64,000 bases of DNA, taken from assembly GCA_050292115.1 (NCBI GenBank), contig JBNKLA010000057.1, forward strand, positions 239 through 64,238. Direction: 5' to 3'. Source of the DNA: Sulfurimonadaceae bacterium (GTDB lineage Bacteria; Campylobacterota; Campylobacteria; Campylobacterales; Sulfurimonadaceae). The notes below the pieces were generated by a model. It did not search any database and was not told the DNA's origin. It saw only the letters and a program-made list of their open reading frames with translations. The position numbers and the translations under genes were made by a program. This document shows, piece by piece, positions 17,865 through 27,717 of this stretch (position 1 is the stretch's first letter; the number at the start of each line of letters is the position of its first letter).

Positions 17865-19178
17865 ATGACAAAAAAAATCACCACCGTTGTGGGCGCCTCA
17901 ATTGTTGCGGCTGCTCTTATATTTTCAGGATGCGGCTCTGACTCAGATAGCACCGCTTTAGCAGATAACTACGCTAATTACCGCTCGGGCGTTATTACAG
18001 CCGACACCCTCACAGGCTACATTGATAACTGGGAAGCCAACCGCCCTTCAGGCTCTAACGGTCGTCTTGTAATTATTCAAGCAGGACCTTCTAGTAGTGG
18101 TAAATACATTAAAAGCGATGAAGCAAATGGAGTCGTAGTCTACGAAATTCCGGCAGGTGGCGCGTGCGATCCTTCGTATATGCGCCATGACGGTGTGGCT
18201 AACATCCCAGGTGCACTGCTTAGCGGTGAGTATGCCGATGCGATGATTAACGGTTTTCACCTTGATCCACAAAACGATACGGTGGTTTTTGCCGTAGGTG
18301 TCGGTTCGACCAAACTGCGCGACATTGTACGCTCATACTGGGTACTTTCGTATTGGGGCTGGCCGAAAGAGCGTCTGGGCTTTTTAAACGGTTCTGTCGA
18401 TTACAACTTTGCATCGGCGCGCGGGCTTGATGGCTATCTTGTCGATGCACCGACTACGGCACCTGCAACACCGACAAGCTACCAGATGAAATCACTAGGT
18501 ACCGATAACACCGATATGCAGACCTATATTGACGAGATGATGGAGATCGCCTCTAAAGAGGATCAAAGCGGTTACTTTATTGCCGATGCACGCGGAACGT
18601 CTGAGTATAGCGGCGCGTCTAAATCCAAAGCTGCCGACAAAACGTGTGGACCCAATCATAACGAGCAGTGTTATAGCCCCTATCAGGGACACATTCGCGG
18701 AGCGGTTGATTTCCCGTATACCGACGTACTGATTCGTGATGATGCCACCGAAGATGTGAACGGCGACGGTACCATCGATGCTGATGATGCTTCATTTAAA
18801 TTCTTACCGCCATCGGAACTTCAAACGCTTTTTGCCGCCAAAGGCTACCAAAAAGGCGACAAGATCATTACCTATTGCCGTACCGGACGCAAAGCAACCG
18901 TGCTTTCACTTATGGCGTATGGCGTACTCGGTTATGACGTCTCCATGTATGACGGCTCATGGATTCAGTGGGGTGAAATGGCCAACCGTACCGATGTTGA
19001 AGGCAACGAAATTTTAGCAGCGGGCAATCAATGGATTACGATGGATGAGAAGTACTCCGTAATCATCTCTACCACAGAGCCCGAATATACGCAAAGTGCC
19101 ACCCCTTATGCAATTAACTCCAATGCCACATCGGCACAAGATGTTAAAAACGAAGATAAAGCCTATCTAGGTCTCTAA
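17865..19178 (+). CDS. Rhodanese-domain lipoprotein (thiosulfate/polysulfide sulfurtransferase-like)
   Basis: Lipobox IFSGCGS and a C-terminal rhodanese active-site loop, YCRTGRKAT. Confidence 0.8.
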   Translation: MTKKITTVVGASIVAAALIFSGCGSDSDSTALADNYANYRSGVITADTLTGYIDNWEANRPSGSNGRLVIIQAGPSSSGKYIKSDEANGVVVYEIPAGGACDPSYMRHDGVANIPGALLSGEYADAMINGFHLDPQNDTVVFAVGVGSTKLRDIVRSYWVLSYWGWPKERLGFLNGSVDYNFASARGLDGYLVDAPTTAPATPTSYQMKSLGTDNTDMQTYIDEMMEIASKEDQSGYFIADARGTSEYSGASKSKAADKTCGPNHNEQCYSPYQGHIRGAVDFPYTDVLIRDDATEDVNGDGTIDADDASFKFLPPSELQTLFAAKGYQKGDKIITYCRTGRKATVLSLMAYGVLGYDVSMYDGSWIQWGEMANRTDVEGNEILAAGNQWITMDEKYSVIISTTEPEYTQSATPYAINSNATSAQDVKNEDKAYLGL

Positions 19179-19186
19179 TTCTCGAC

Positions 19187-19222
19187 CTTTACATGTAAGT
19201 CAGGCTTACATGTAAAGCTTTT
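19187..19222 (+). terminator. Inverted pair of TTACATGTAA motifs forming a terminator-like hairpin
   Basis: CTTTACATGTAAG (19187-19199) and CTTACATGTAAAG (19205-19217) are perfect complements with a 5-nt loop. CTTTT follows. Confidence 0.55.
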
Positions 19223-19230
19223 GCTATAAT
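19222..19230 (+). promoter_or_regulatory. Extended -10 promoter element for the DASS transporter gene
   Basis: TGCTATAAT lies 28 nt upstream of the ATG at 19258. Confidence 0.4.
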
Positions 19231-19257
19231 CGTTTCAATTTTTCTTTGGAACGTTAT

Positions 19258-20664
19258 ATGGCTTTTATCGCATCAAAATCTTTTCACACCTTTTTAATGG
19301 TATCTATCATTGCTCTAGGCTGGTTTATACCTACCCCCGAAGGTTTAACACCTGAGGCGTGGCATCTATTTATTATCTTCTTGGCAACAATTCTAGCCAT
19401 TATTATAGGGCTACTTCCTATTTTTACCGCTTCCATTATTGCCGTCTCTTTTGCCATTCTTAGCGGCACTATGGATGCCAAAGCGGCCTATAGCGGCTTT
19501 GACGAGAGCTTTATTTTGCTCATCGTAGCGGCTTTTTTGGTAGCGCGCGGTGTAGTCAAATCGGGACTTGGCAAACGTATCGCCTTGCTTATTATTCGCA
19601 AATTCGGCCACTCCACGCTAGGGCTTGGCTACTCCATGGTGGCCACCGATATGTTGATCGCTCCGGCCTTCCCTTCCAACACGGCGCGCTCGGGCGTGCT
19701 CTTTCCTATTGTGCACTCTTTGGCGCATGACAGTGGCTCCAAAGTGGCTGACGGCACGGCCAAAAAAGTCGGTGCATACCTTATGATGAACTCCATGGCG
19801 GGCATCGCCATCAGCTCAAGTCTGTGGCTTACCGCAATGGCTTCTAACCCCGTGGGCGCGGCGATTGCCAAAGATATGGGGATTCACATCACCTTTGGCT
19901 CATGGCTTGCCAGTGCTCTGCCTCCGGCACTTGGCGCTTTTATAGCCATACCGTGGCTGTTGTATAAGATATTTCCGCCCGAACTCAAAGCCACACCCGA
20001 GGCACCGCAAACGGCGCAACAAGAGCTTAAAAAGATGGGTGCAATCAGCCGCAATGAGTGGATTACGGGACTTACCTTTGTCAGCATGGTAACGCTCTGG
20101 GCGCTTTCAGGCGTACTGGGTATCGATAAAACGGCCATCGCGTTTGCGGGGCTTGGCATCATGATGATTAGCAAAATTTTTACGATAGAGGATATGCACA
20201 ATCAGGGCGAAGCGCTCTCGACCTTGATCTGGTTTGCGATTCTTTATGCCATGAGTTCAGAGCTTAACCGTCTGGGCTTTATGAGCTATGTCGGCGAAGG
20301 TATTGCAGGACAACTTGGGCATATGGAGTGGTTTGGCACTTATGTGATGCTCATTGTCATTTATGTGTTAATTCACTACCTCTTTGTATCGCAAACGGCG
20401 CATATGCTCGCACTCTTTGGCGTATTCTTACATGTAGGAGTCGATGCCGGTGTACCGGGGGAGCTTTTGGCGCTCATGTTGCTCTTTGCCACCAATTTTA
20501 ATTCGGTTATTACGCCGCAAGGCTCCAGTGCCAATGTACTTTTTGCCGGATCGGGCTATCTAAGCGCCGCCGATATCTACAAAAACGGCGGTATCGTTAC
20601 CGCTACGAACACTGCCATCTTTTTGCTTGTCGGCACGCCATGGATTTTATTTCTTACGACATAG
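19258..20664 (+). CDS. DASS/SLC13-type anion (di/tricarboxylate or sulfur oxyanion) transporter
   Basis: About 12 hydrophobic segments and an SNTARSG-type hairpin motif (FPSNTARSGVLFP). The ATG at 19258 is preferred over the tracked TTG at 19246. Confidence 0.8.
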   Translation: MAFIASKSFHTFLMVSIIALGWFIPTPEGLTPEAWHLFIIFLATILAIIIGLLPIFTASIIAVSFAILSGTMDAKAAYSGFDESFILLIVAAFLVARGVVKSGLGKRIALLIIRKFGHSTLGLGYSMVATDMLIAPAFPSNTARSGVLFPIVHSLAHDSGSKVADGTAKKVGAYLMMNSMAGIAISSSLWLTAMASNPVGAAIAKDMGIHITFGSWLASALPPALGAFIAIPWLLYKIFPPELKATPEAPQTAQQELKKMGAISRNEWITGLTFVSMVTLWALSGVLGIDKTAIAFAGLGIMMISKIFTIEDMHNQGEALSTLIWFAILYAMSSELNRLGFMSYVGEGIAGQLGHMEWFGTYVMLIVIYVLIHYLFVSQTAHMLALFGVFLHVGVDAGVPGELLALMLLFATNFNSVITPQGSSANVLFAGSGYLSAADIYKNGGIVTATNTAIFLLVGTPWILFLTT

Positions 20665-20694
20665 CTGTCCCCTATTTTTTGCTATAGTATTACT

Positions 20695-23600
20695 ATGCAA
20701 AAATTACTGGATCGGCTTCATCGACTCGGCTTTTGGCCGTATATCTTTCTTTTTACCACTTTGGCGATTGTCATCTCCGAGCTGTTGATCCTTGTGCAGA
20801 GCTACTGGTTGAGCGGCACTTTTTTTGATAGAAACCTGCTTATCGTCGGCTTTATTACTCCGGCCATTGACGGCTTTATTATTTTTTTTCTGATGGCACT
20901 CTTATTACGCTATGTTTACACGCTTTCGCAAGAACAGAGCCATTTAAGTGCGCTTTTTGACCGTAGCGATATTGTACTGTTCAAATGGAAAAATGCTGAA
21001 AATTGGCCGGTTGAAAGCGTCTCAAAAAATGTGTCGGCACTTACGGGCTATTCCTCGCAAGAGTATCTTGAGGGAACGGTTTTATACTCTAATCTGATTC
21101 ATCTCGACGATCTTCCGATTGTTACCGCCGAAGTTATCGATGCGATCGACACCCATACGGATTTTTTTACCCATCAACCTTATCGCATTATCACACGTGA
21201 CGGCGATGAACGCTGGGTGCTTGACCGCACGCTTCCCATTCGCGACGGAAACGATCAGATTACCCATTTTGTCGGATTTCTTACGGACATTACCGATGTC
21301 ACGCTCAAAGACAAACAGCTTCTTGAGAGCGAATTACGCTGGAAATTTGCGATCGAAGGCAGTGGAGACGGGCTATGGGAGTGGAATGTCCAAACCCATG
21401 AAGTCTATTTTTCAAGACAGTGGAAAATGATGCTTGGCTATTCAGACGATGAGATCCAAAACCGTTTTGACGCGTGGGAACAGCTACTTCACCCCGATGA
21501 TCGTGAACCGACACATAAACATATTGATGAATTTATTGCGCGCAAGAGTAAACGCTATATGGTGGAATTTCGTCTGCGTTGCAAAGACGGTACCTATAAA
21601 TGGATTCTTGCCCGTGCCAAAGCTCTCAAATACGATAATGACGGCAATATTGTTTTGATGACCGGCATCCACACCGATATCGATGAACGCAAACGTCAAG
21701 CTGAAGCGCTTGTACAAGCACAGCGCATGGCCAACCTTGGAAGTTGGAGTTACGATATTGCCAACGATACGCTCCATCTATCCGAACAGATTTACAGAAT
21801 TTTCTCTATTAACCTTTCAACAGTTGCACCTACTTACAAAAACATTCTTCATGTTATCCATCCCGATGATCGCAAAATGGTCAATGATCTCTATACCCGT
21901 GCACTTCAAAACCATGGACCCTATAAGCTCACGCACCGCCTTTTGTTAAAAAACGGAACCATCAAATATGTCATCGAACGCGGAGAAACCCTATATAACG
22001 ATAAAGAAGAGGCTGTTATCATTCGCGGAACTATTCAAGATATTACGCAACAGCATGAGACCCAATTAGCACTGGTTGAAGCTAAAAAAAGTGCCGATAG
22101 GGCCAACAAGGCAAAAAGTAATTTTCTTGCCAATATGAGCCATGAAATTCGCACACCGCTTAACGGTATTATCGGACTTACTAAACGTTTAGAGTCTACC
22201 CCGATCAACCCCAAACAGCGTGATTATCTTGATAAAATCCTGTATTCATCCGAATCGTTACTACACATCATTAATGACATCCTCGACTACTCTAAAGTCG
22301 AAGCGGGTAAACTGGAACTTCTGATGCAACCCTTTAGCCTCAATGAACTGCTTGAATCACTGCATGATCTTTTTGATTTTACAGCCTCTTCCAAAGGGGT
22401 CGCACTACGGCTTGAGCTATCTGATAACGTGCCCGACACGCTTCTCGGCGACGCTTTAAGGCTCAAGCAGATTTTGACCAACATTATCGGTAATGCGATC
22501 AAATTTACCGAAAAAGGCTCGGTGACAGTAAGGCTTACGTGGCTCAACAAACATCCCACCCCCCTCTGCCGGTTTGAGATTATCGACACCGGTATCGGTA
22601 TGCGTCCCGAAGTGCTCCAAAATCTTTTCACAGAGTTTATGCAAGCAGATGATTCCATTACCCGAAAATTTGGCGGAAGCGGTCTTGGACTGGCAATTAC
22701 CAAGAAACTGGTAGATCTGATGAATGGCACCATCAGCGCCACAAGCCGTGAGCACATCGGCACCACTATGCGTGTCGATATTCCGCTAATACCCTCGCGA
22801 GTCAAAACATCCTCTGCGCCTAGCGTTGAAAATAGCCTACCCGTCAGCTTTAGCAATACCCGAATTTTGCTGGTTGAAGACGATATCATTAATCAGATGG
22901 TTGCCAAAGAGTTACTCGAATCGTATGATATCCATGTGAGCGTTGCATTCAATGGGATCGAGGCGGTGCATTATGCGCAAACAGAGTCGTTTGATATGAT
23001 TCTTATGGATCTGCAAATGCCGGAAATGGACGGATTTGAAGCCACACGACGCATCCGTGATATTGATACATGTAAAGCCATTCCCATTATCGCGCTGAGT
23101 GCCGCCGTACTGCCAAACGACCGTGAACTGACCCAAGAGAGCGGTATGAACGGCCATCTTGCAAAACCGATTGATGAGAGAGAATTTATCGCGACACTCT
23201 CAAAGTGGCTTAAACACACTACACAGACGCCCACGCCGATTAAACACTCTGTGACCAATTCGCAAACCTCTATCGAAGGTATCGATATGCAAGCATTACT
23301 AAAGCGTCTCATGAACAAGAGTGACAAAGTAGCTAAACTTTTAGAACTCTTTAGCATGGAGTATCGCGATTTTGTATCTACATGCGAAGCGCAAAAAGAT
23401 TCACCGGAGCACTTTAAAAAATTGATGCACACTTACAAAGGTACTACTGCCAATCTTAGTATGAACCGACTCAGTGCAATGGCAAAGTCGCTTGAAAATG
23501 CGTTTGATCAAACGCAATTTGTAACGCTTTTGAAGCAGCATGAGCAAATGCTCACCGATATTTCCAACTACTTACATGTAAACCCTCAAGAGCAGATAAA

Positions 23601-23829
23601 AACAGTTGCGCCCACGCTATCGCGCAACCGTCTTAAAGAGCAATGTGGAGCACTCATTGACGATCTTGCGGTTTCACGTCTGGTCGAAGCAGAGCAAATT
23701 GAAGCGATTGCGGTAGCCCTAAATACCCATATCGGATTCGAGAATGCGCAGCTCCTTAAAAAACAGATTACTTCTTTTGAGTATGATGATGCCATCAAAA
23801 CTCTAATTGAGATTATGGAGAAATTATGA
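20695..23829 (+). CDS. Hybrid sensor histidine kinase (TM, multiple PAS, HisKA, HATPase, receiver, HPt)
   Basis: H-box NMSHEIRTPLNG, HATPase DTGIGM/GGSGLGL, receiver ILLVEDD...DMILMDLQMPEMDG...K, and a C-terminal HPt-like HTYKGTTANL. Confidence 0.9.
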   Translation: MQKLLDRLHRLGFWPYIFLFTTLAIVISELLILVQSYWLSGTFFDRNLLIVGFITPAIDGFIIFFLMALLLRYVYTLSQEQSHLSALFDRSDIVLFKWKNAENWPVESVSKNVSALTGYSSQEYLEGTVLYSNLIHLDDLPIVTAEVIDAIDTHTDFFTHQPYRIITRDGDERWVLDRTLPIRDGNDQITHFVGFLTDITDVTLKDKQLLESELRWKFAIEGSGDGLWEWNVQTHEVYFSRQWKMMLGYSDDEIQNRFDAWEQLLHPDDREPTHKHIDEFIARKSKRYMVEFRLRCKDGTYKWILARAKALKYDNDGNIVLMTGIHTDIDERKRQAEALVQAQRMANLGSWSYDIANDTLHLSEQIYRIFSINLSTVAPTYKNILHVIHPDDRKMVNDLYTRALQNHGPYKLTHRLLLKNGTIKYVIERGETLYNDKEEAVIIRGTIQDITQQHETQLALVEAKKSADRANKAKSNFLANMSHEIRTPLNGIIGLTKRLESTPINPKQRDYLDKILYSSESLLHIINDILDYSKVEAGKLELLMQPFSLNELLESLHDLFDFTASSKGVALRLELSDNVPDTLLGDALRLKQILTNIIGNAIKFTEKGSVTVRLTWLNKHPTPLCRFEIIDTGIGMRPEVLQNLFTEFMQADDSITRKFGGSGLGLAITKKLVDLMNGTISATSREHIGTTMRVDIPLIPSRVKTSSAPSVENSLPVSFSNTRILLVEDDIINQMVAKELLESYDIHVSVAFNGIEAVHYAQTESFDMILMDLQMPEMDGFEATRRIRDIDTCKAIPIIALSAAVLPNDRELTQESGMNGHLAKPIDEREFIATLSKWLKHTTQTPTPIKHSVTNSQTSIEGIDMQALLKRLMNKSDKVAKLLELFSMEYRDFVSTCEAQKDSPEHFKKLMHTYKGTTANLSMNRLSAMAKSLENAFDQTQFVTLLKQHEQMLTDISNYLHVNPQEQIKTVAPTLSRNRLKEQCGALIDDLAVSRLVEAEQIEAIAVALNTHIGFENAQLLKKQITSFEYDDAIKTLIEIMEKL

Positions 23830-25079
23830 GGCGTTCGAATATTCTTATTGTAGATGATGAGCCGATCAACCTCTCTATGATTGCAGATATTTTAAAAGTG
23901 CAGCACAATATCTTTATTGCAACCGGAGGAAAAAAAGCTCTTGATATTCTAAGACGTGAGCATATCGATCTGATTCTTCTTGATATCGTCATGCCGGATA
24001 TGGACGGCCTTGAAGTCGCCGATACCATCAATCATGACTCGCAATATCACAATGTACCGTTTATCTTTTTAACAGCTCAAAATACCCAACAGCAGATTGT
24101 TAAAGGTTTTGAAGCCGGTGCTATCGACTACATCGCCAAACCCTACAGCAAAGAGGAGCTTATGGCCAGAGTCGGAACGCATTTAAAAGTACACCGGCTT
24201 CAACACGAGATAAAACAGAGCCAAAGACGCTTGCAAAAACTCTATGATATGCAAAAAAACATTGTCATCGTAACCGATGGCCAAATGCTAAAAATCGTCA
24301 ATAAGAGCCTTTTGGAGTTTTTCGGCTTTGACTCTCTTAAAACCTTCCAACAACACTATAGTTGCATCTGTGAGCTTTTTGAGCCAAAAGAGGGCTTTTT
24401 TCATCTCGACCTTGTTAACGAAGCAGAGACATGGAGCCATGCCATGATAAAGCTTGCACCTGAAAAGCGGGTGGTCTCTTTAAAAGATCAGCATGGTGAA
24501 GATCACGCCTTTAGCGTATCAGTGAATGATTTTGAAGATAATGAATTTATCATCACTTTTAGCGATATCAGCTCCACCATAAGGCTACAGCAAGCGCTAC
24601 AAGATGAAACCCTGCATGATCCACTTACCAGAGCCAAAAACAGAAAGTTTTTTGATACCCATATTAATGCCATTTTAGAAAATGCCAAAGGCAACATCGG
24701 CCTTTTAATGCTAGATATCGACCACTTCAAACGCGTTAACGACACTTACGGACATCTTGTTGGCGATACGGTACTCAAAACGCTTGTACAGGTTATCAAA
24801 GCTTCCATACGCAACCAAGACCACCTTATACGCTGGGGAGGCGAAGAGTTTCTGCTCATCATTGATATCGACAGCACTAATGATCTTTTGATCGCGGCTG
24901 AAAACCTTCGCCGTAATATTGAAATCTACACCTTTGAGGCCGCAAAAAACATTACATGTAGTATCGGAGGTAAGATGCATCAACGCTATCACAATGTCGC
25001 CTCAACCGTGCAAGAGGCCGACGAAGCACTCTATCGCGCCAAAAACGAAGGCCGTAACCATGTAGTAATCTCATCATAA
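23826..25079 (+). CDS. Response regulator with a GGDEF diguanylate cyclase output
   Basis: ATGA overlap with the kinase gene. Receiver (ILIVDDEP...DLILLDIVMPDMDG), a central PAS-like region and the RWGGEEFLL active site. Confidence 0.9.
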   Translation: MRRSNILIVDDEPINLSMIADILKVQHNIFIATGGKKALDILRREHIDLILLDIVMPDMDGLEVADTINHDSQYHNVPFIFLTAQNTQQQIVKGFEAGAIDYIAKPYSKEELMARVGTHLKVHRLQHEIKQSQRRLQKLYDMQKNIVIVTDGQMLKIVNKSLLEFFGFDSLKTFQQHYSCICELFEPKEGFFHLDLVNEAETWSHAMIKLAPEKRVVSLKDQHGEDHAFSVSVNDFEDNEFIITFSDISSTIRLQQALQDETLHDPLTRAKNRKFFDTHINAILENAKGNIGLLMLDIDHFKRVNDTYGHLVGDTVLKTLVQVIKASIRNQDHLIRWGGEEFLLIIDIDSTNDLLIAAENLRRNIEIYTFEAAKNITCSIGGKMHQRYHNVASTVQEADEALYRAKNEGRNHVVISS

Positions 25080-25088
25080 GGAACTGTT

Positions 25089-25214
25089 GTGAAATTTCTG
25101 ATACTTTTAGTGGGCATAATATTAATATTTGGCGGATGTACGACCAAAACATTTGATCATGAAAGCTACGAACGTCAAAACAGCGCCGCTGAAAAAAGCC
25201 TTGAATCACTCTGA
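25089..25214 (+). CDS. Candidate 41-aa lipoprotein, below the ORF-track size cutoff
   Basis: GTG KFLILLVGIILIFGGCTTKTFDHESYERQNSAAEKSLESL stop. It has a clear signal peptide with lipobox FGGC. Confidence 0.45.
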   Translation: MKFLILLVGIILIFGGCTTKTFDHESYERQNSAAEKSLESL

Positions 25215-25222
25215 TTTAAGCC

Positions 25223-25232
25223 TTACATGTAA
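25223..25232. repeat. TTACATGTAA palindrome in an intergenic gap
   Basis: Exact copy. The following AAGGA could serve as the RBS for the ATG at 25247. Confidence 0.95.
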
Positions 25233-25246
25233 AGGATATTGTTTTT

Positions 25247-27250
25247 ATGAAATGGCTTATCGCTATCGTATCGACCCTACTTCTCATTTTTATTTTGCTG
25301 TTTGCTCTGCTCTTCACACCTCCGGGAAATAGCATCGTCGGTGGTATTGTCGAATCTAAACTCAATGCAAAACTACCGCTAAAAACGACGCTTGAGACCT
25401 TTGAACTCTCTTATGATGCGTTACATGTAGAGCTGTTGCTTACGCCCAATAACCGTATCAGTGTAGTTGGAAACTTTAACCTTTTTTCTCAGGCATTCAA
25501 CATGGCCTATCGTCTGAAACTTGAAAATCTCAAAGCGCTTGAGCCGTTAAGTAAGCAAAAACTTTACGGGGTATTTCGCACCGAGGGCACGGTTACGGGC
25601 GATCTTAAAACGACTCGCATTCAGGGCAACAGCGACGTGGCAGAGTCTAACACCACCTACCATATGGTGCTAAACGACTTTAACCCGCAAAGCATCATCG
25701 CCACTATCGATGGCGCAAAAACAGAGCAACTTTTAGCCATGGTCGGCAAAGCTCCCTATGCGCTCTCACGTCTACATGTAAAGGCTAATATGCGCTCCAT
25801 TGACCCCGCCAATCTCGATGGCGACATGGCAATAACACTCAGCGACGGCCGTATCGATACCGCGCTGATGCAACGCGACTTCAACGTTACCCTGCCGCAA
25901 ACCACCTTGGCGCTTGACTCCAAAGCACTGCTTAAAAGTAGCACTGTCGATTATAATCTAAAACTCACCTCTAACCTTGCCAAAATTATCTCCAAAGGTA
26001 CGATTGAGCCCAAAACCCTCGGCATGGATCTGGCCTATGCGCTTGATATCGCCAAACTCGAACTCTTTAAGCCGCTTACCAATGCGCCGCTTCGCGGTGC
26101 CGTGCGTCTTAGCGGTGATGTCAAAGGCAATAAAGCCAAACTGCTGGTGCGCGCCCAAAGCGATGTGGCGGCAAGCGACACCACGATAAACGCCGAACTG
26201 CATGAGTTTAAACCTTACGCCATAAAGGGTGAAATTCGCAAGCTCTCACTGGAGAAACTGCTCCATATGCTCGAACAGCCTCACTATCTTAGCAGCGGTC
26301 TTTTAAGTGCCAAAATCGATATTCCCGATGCTAGGGAGGGAAACCTTAAGGGAGATATCACCTCTTTTATCAGCGACGGTCGTGTCGATACCGGCACCAT
26401 GCAAACCGAATTGGGATTTATCAATATGCCCAAAACCGTGTTTACTACCAAAACCCACTCTCAATTTGCCCAAAGCTTGATCGATACCCGCGTCGATGTC
26501 GATTCCAATCTGGCTGATCTTAGTATTGCTCACGCGCGTTTTGATATGAAGGATGCAACCCTTAAAAGCGACTACAACGCGACATTGCATGATTTAAGCA
26601 AGCTCCGGTTCGTAACCAAACAGCCGCTTCGCGGCACGCTTACATGTAACGGTGACATTATTAAAGATCAAGCCCTAAAAGCCACCTTTCATTCTGCTAC
26701 ACTCGGCGGAACCATAGATGCCACACTTAATGACAATGATTTTAATGCCCATCTTGTGCAGCTTGAAACGTTGAAGATTTTACATATGCTCTATTACCCC
26801 GAAGTCTTTGCCTCGACACTCAAAGGCACACTGCATTACGATCTGGCTCAAAAAAAGGGCGCGCTTGATAGCGTTATGCATAAAGGAAGATTCACCCAAA
26901 ACCAGATGGGCGACCTGCTGAAAAAGTACGCCAAATACGATCTCTATCAAGAGCGGTTTGAAACCACACTCAACAGCACCATTGCGCCCAAACAGATTGA
27001 TAGCAACCTCTCGATGCGCGGCGGATCGATCACAATTAACGATCCCAAAATGCGGCTTTTGACCGAAAAACAGAGCATTCGGTCCGATCTGAATATCGTA
27101 GCCAACAACAACCCGCTAATCGTAAAACTGCGTGGCAATGTCAAAGCGCCCAACGTTTCGGTTGACGCCAGCAAACTGATTCAGCGCGAAGCGGGCAAAG
27201 TGATCAACAAAGAGGTGGGAAACCTGCTCAATTCGCTTTTTAAAAAGTAG
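25247..27250 (+). CDS. Large N-terminally anchored envelope protein with internal repeats (AsmA/TamB-like, uncertain)
   Basis: N-terminal TM segment (WLIAIVSTLLLIFILLFALLF). The repeated module is LDGDMAITLSDGRIDTALMQ versus LKGDITSFISDGRVDTGTMQ. Confidence 0.6.
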   Translation: MKWLIAIVSTLLLIFILLFALLFTPPGNSIVGGIVESKLNAKLPLKTTLETFELSYDALHVELLLTPNNRISVVGNFNLFSQAFNMAYRLKLENLKALEPLSKQKLYGVFRTEGTVTGDLKTTRIQGNSDVAESNTTYHMVLNDFNPQSIIATIDGAKTEQLLAMVGKAPYALSRLHVKANMRSIDPANLDGDMAITLSDGRIDTALMQRDFNVTLPQTTLALDSKALLKSSTVDYNLKLTSNLAKIISKGTIEPKTLGMDLAYALDIAKLELFKPLTNAPLRGAVRLSGDVKGNKAKLLVRAQSDVAASDTTINAELHEFKPYAIKGEIRKLSLEKLLHMLEQPHYLSSGLLSAKIDIPDAREGNLKGDITSFISDGRVDTGTMQTELGFINMPKTVFTTKTHSQFAQSLIDTRVDVDSNLADLSIAHARFDMKDATLKSDYNATLHDLSKLRFVTKQPLRGTLTCNGDIIKDQALKATFHSATLGGTIDATLNDNDFNAHLVQLETLKILHMLYYPEVFASTLKGTLHYDLAQKKGALDSVMHKGRFTQNQMGDLLKKYAKYDLYQERFETTLNSTIAPKQIDSNLSMRGGSITINDPKMRLLTEKQSIRSDLNIVANNNPLIVKLRGNVKAPNVSVDASKLIQREAGKVINKEVGNLLNSLFKK

Positions 27251-27680
27251 CGGCCAGTTGCGCTTCGTTGCACGCAAAGCGCACCGATGAGACGGTCTGA
27301 TTTTGGAGTTCCAGTAGCGTCACACACCCCTCTTGATAGGGAAGCTGTTGATTATATTTGGCATCAAAGCTCAATAAAATAGGATGCTCATAGCTTTGCA
27401 TACGCGGTTTGACAAAGAGGCTGAAAATACCGGAAGGCACCTGCGACACATCCACCACCAAAGCGGCGTTATGCGTCTGCAAAAAGCTTTTGTGCGCGTC
27501 GATATATCGGTTTGCCAAACGCGTTGTCTCTTTGTCCCACGCCAGTAACCATAGACGCTCACTACCCAGCACATGCTTGACGCCAAACTGATCTTCAAGC
27601 TCTAGCGCGCTAATTTTTGAACCGAGACTTAGCGTTTGGGCTATGATTATGGCGGGAATAACAAGTATCCAAAACTTCAT
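27240..27680 (-). CDS. Secreted hypothetical protein
   Basis: 146 aa with an N-terminal signal-like segment, MKFWILVIPAIIIAQTLS. An RBS, GAGGAA, lies upstream. Confidence 0.55.
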   Translation of the reverse strand: MKFWILVIPAIIIAQTLSLGSKISALELEDQFGVKHVLGSERLWLLAWDKETTRLANRYIDAHKSFLQTHNAALVVDVSQVPSGIFSLFVKPRMQSYEHPILLSFDAKYNQQLPYQEGCVTLLELQNQTVSSVRFACNEAQLAATF

Positions 27681-27717
27681 TCTATTTCCTCACAATTACG
27701 CCACCAAAAAGAGACTT

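Noticed and set aside
15094-19217. Repeated TTACATGTAA copies as a CRISPR array, or as terminal inverted repeats of an IS or MITE.
   Set aside because: Spacing is irregular (kilobases apart), there is no repeat-spacer periodicity and no cas or transposase genes. Flanks beyond about 4 nt are not conserved, and most copies are inside intact genes.
19248-19255. A fifth GGAACGTT copy 3 nt before the DASS transporter ATG, as part of the same operator set.
   Set aside because: Single AACGTT or GGAACGTT words occur many times in the window by chance (e.g. near 7951, 10901, 14379, 16431). This one coincides with where the RBS should be, so it cannot be distinguished from coincidence.
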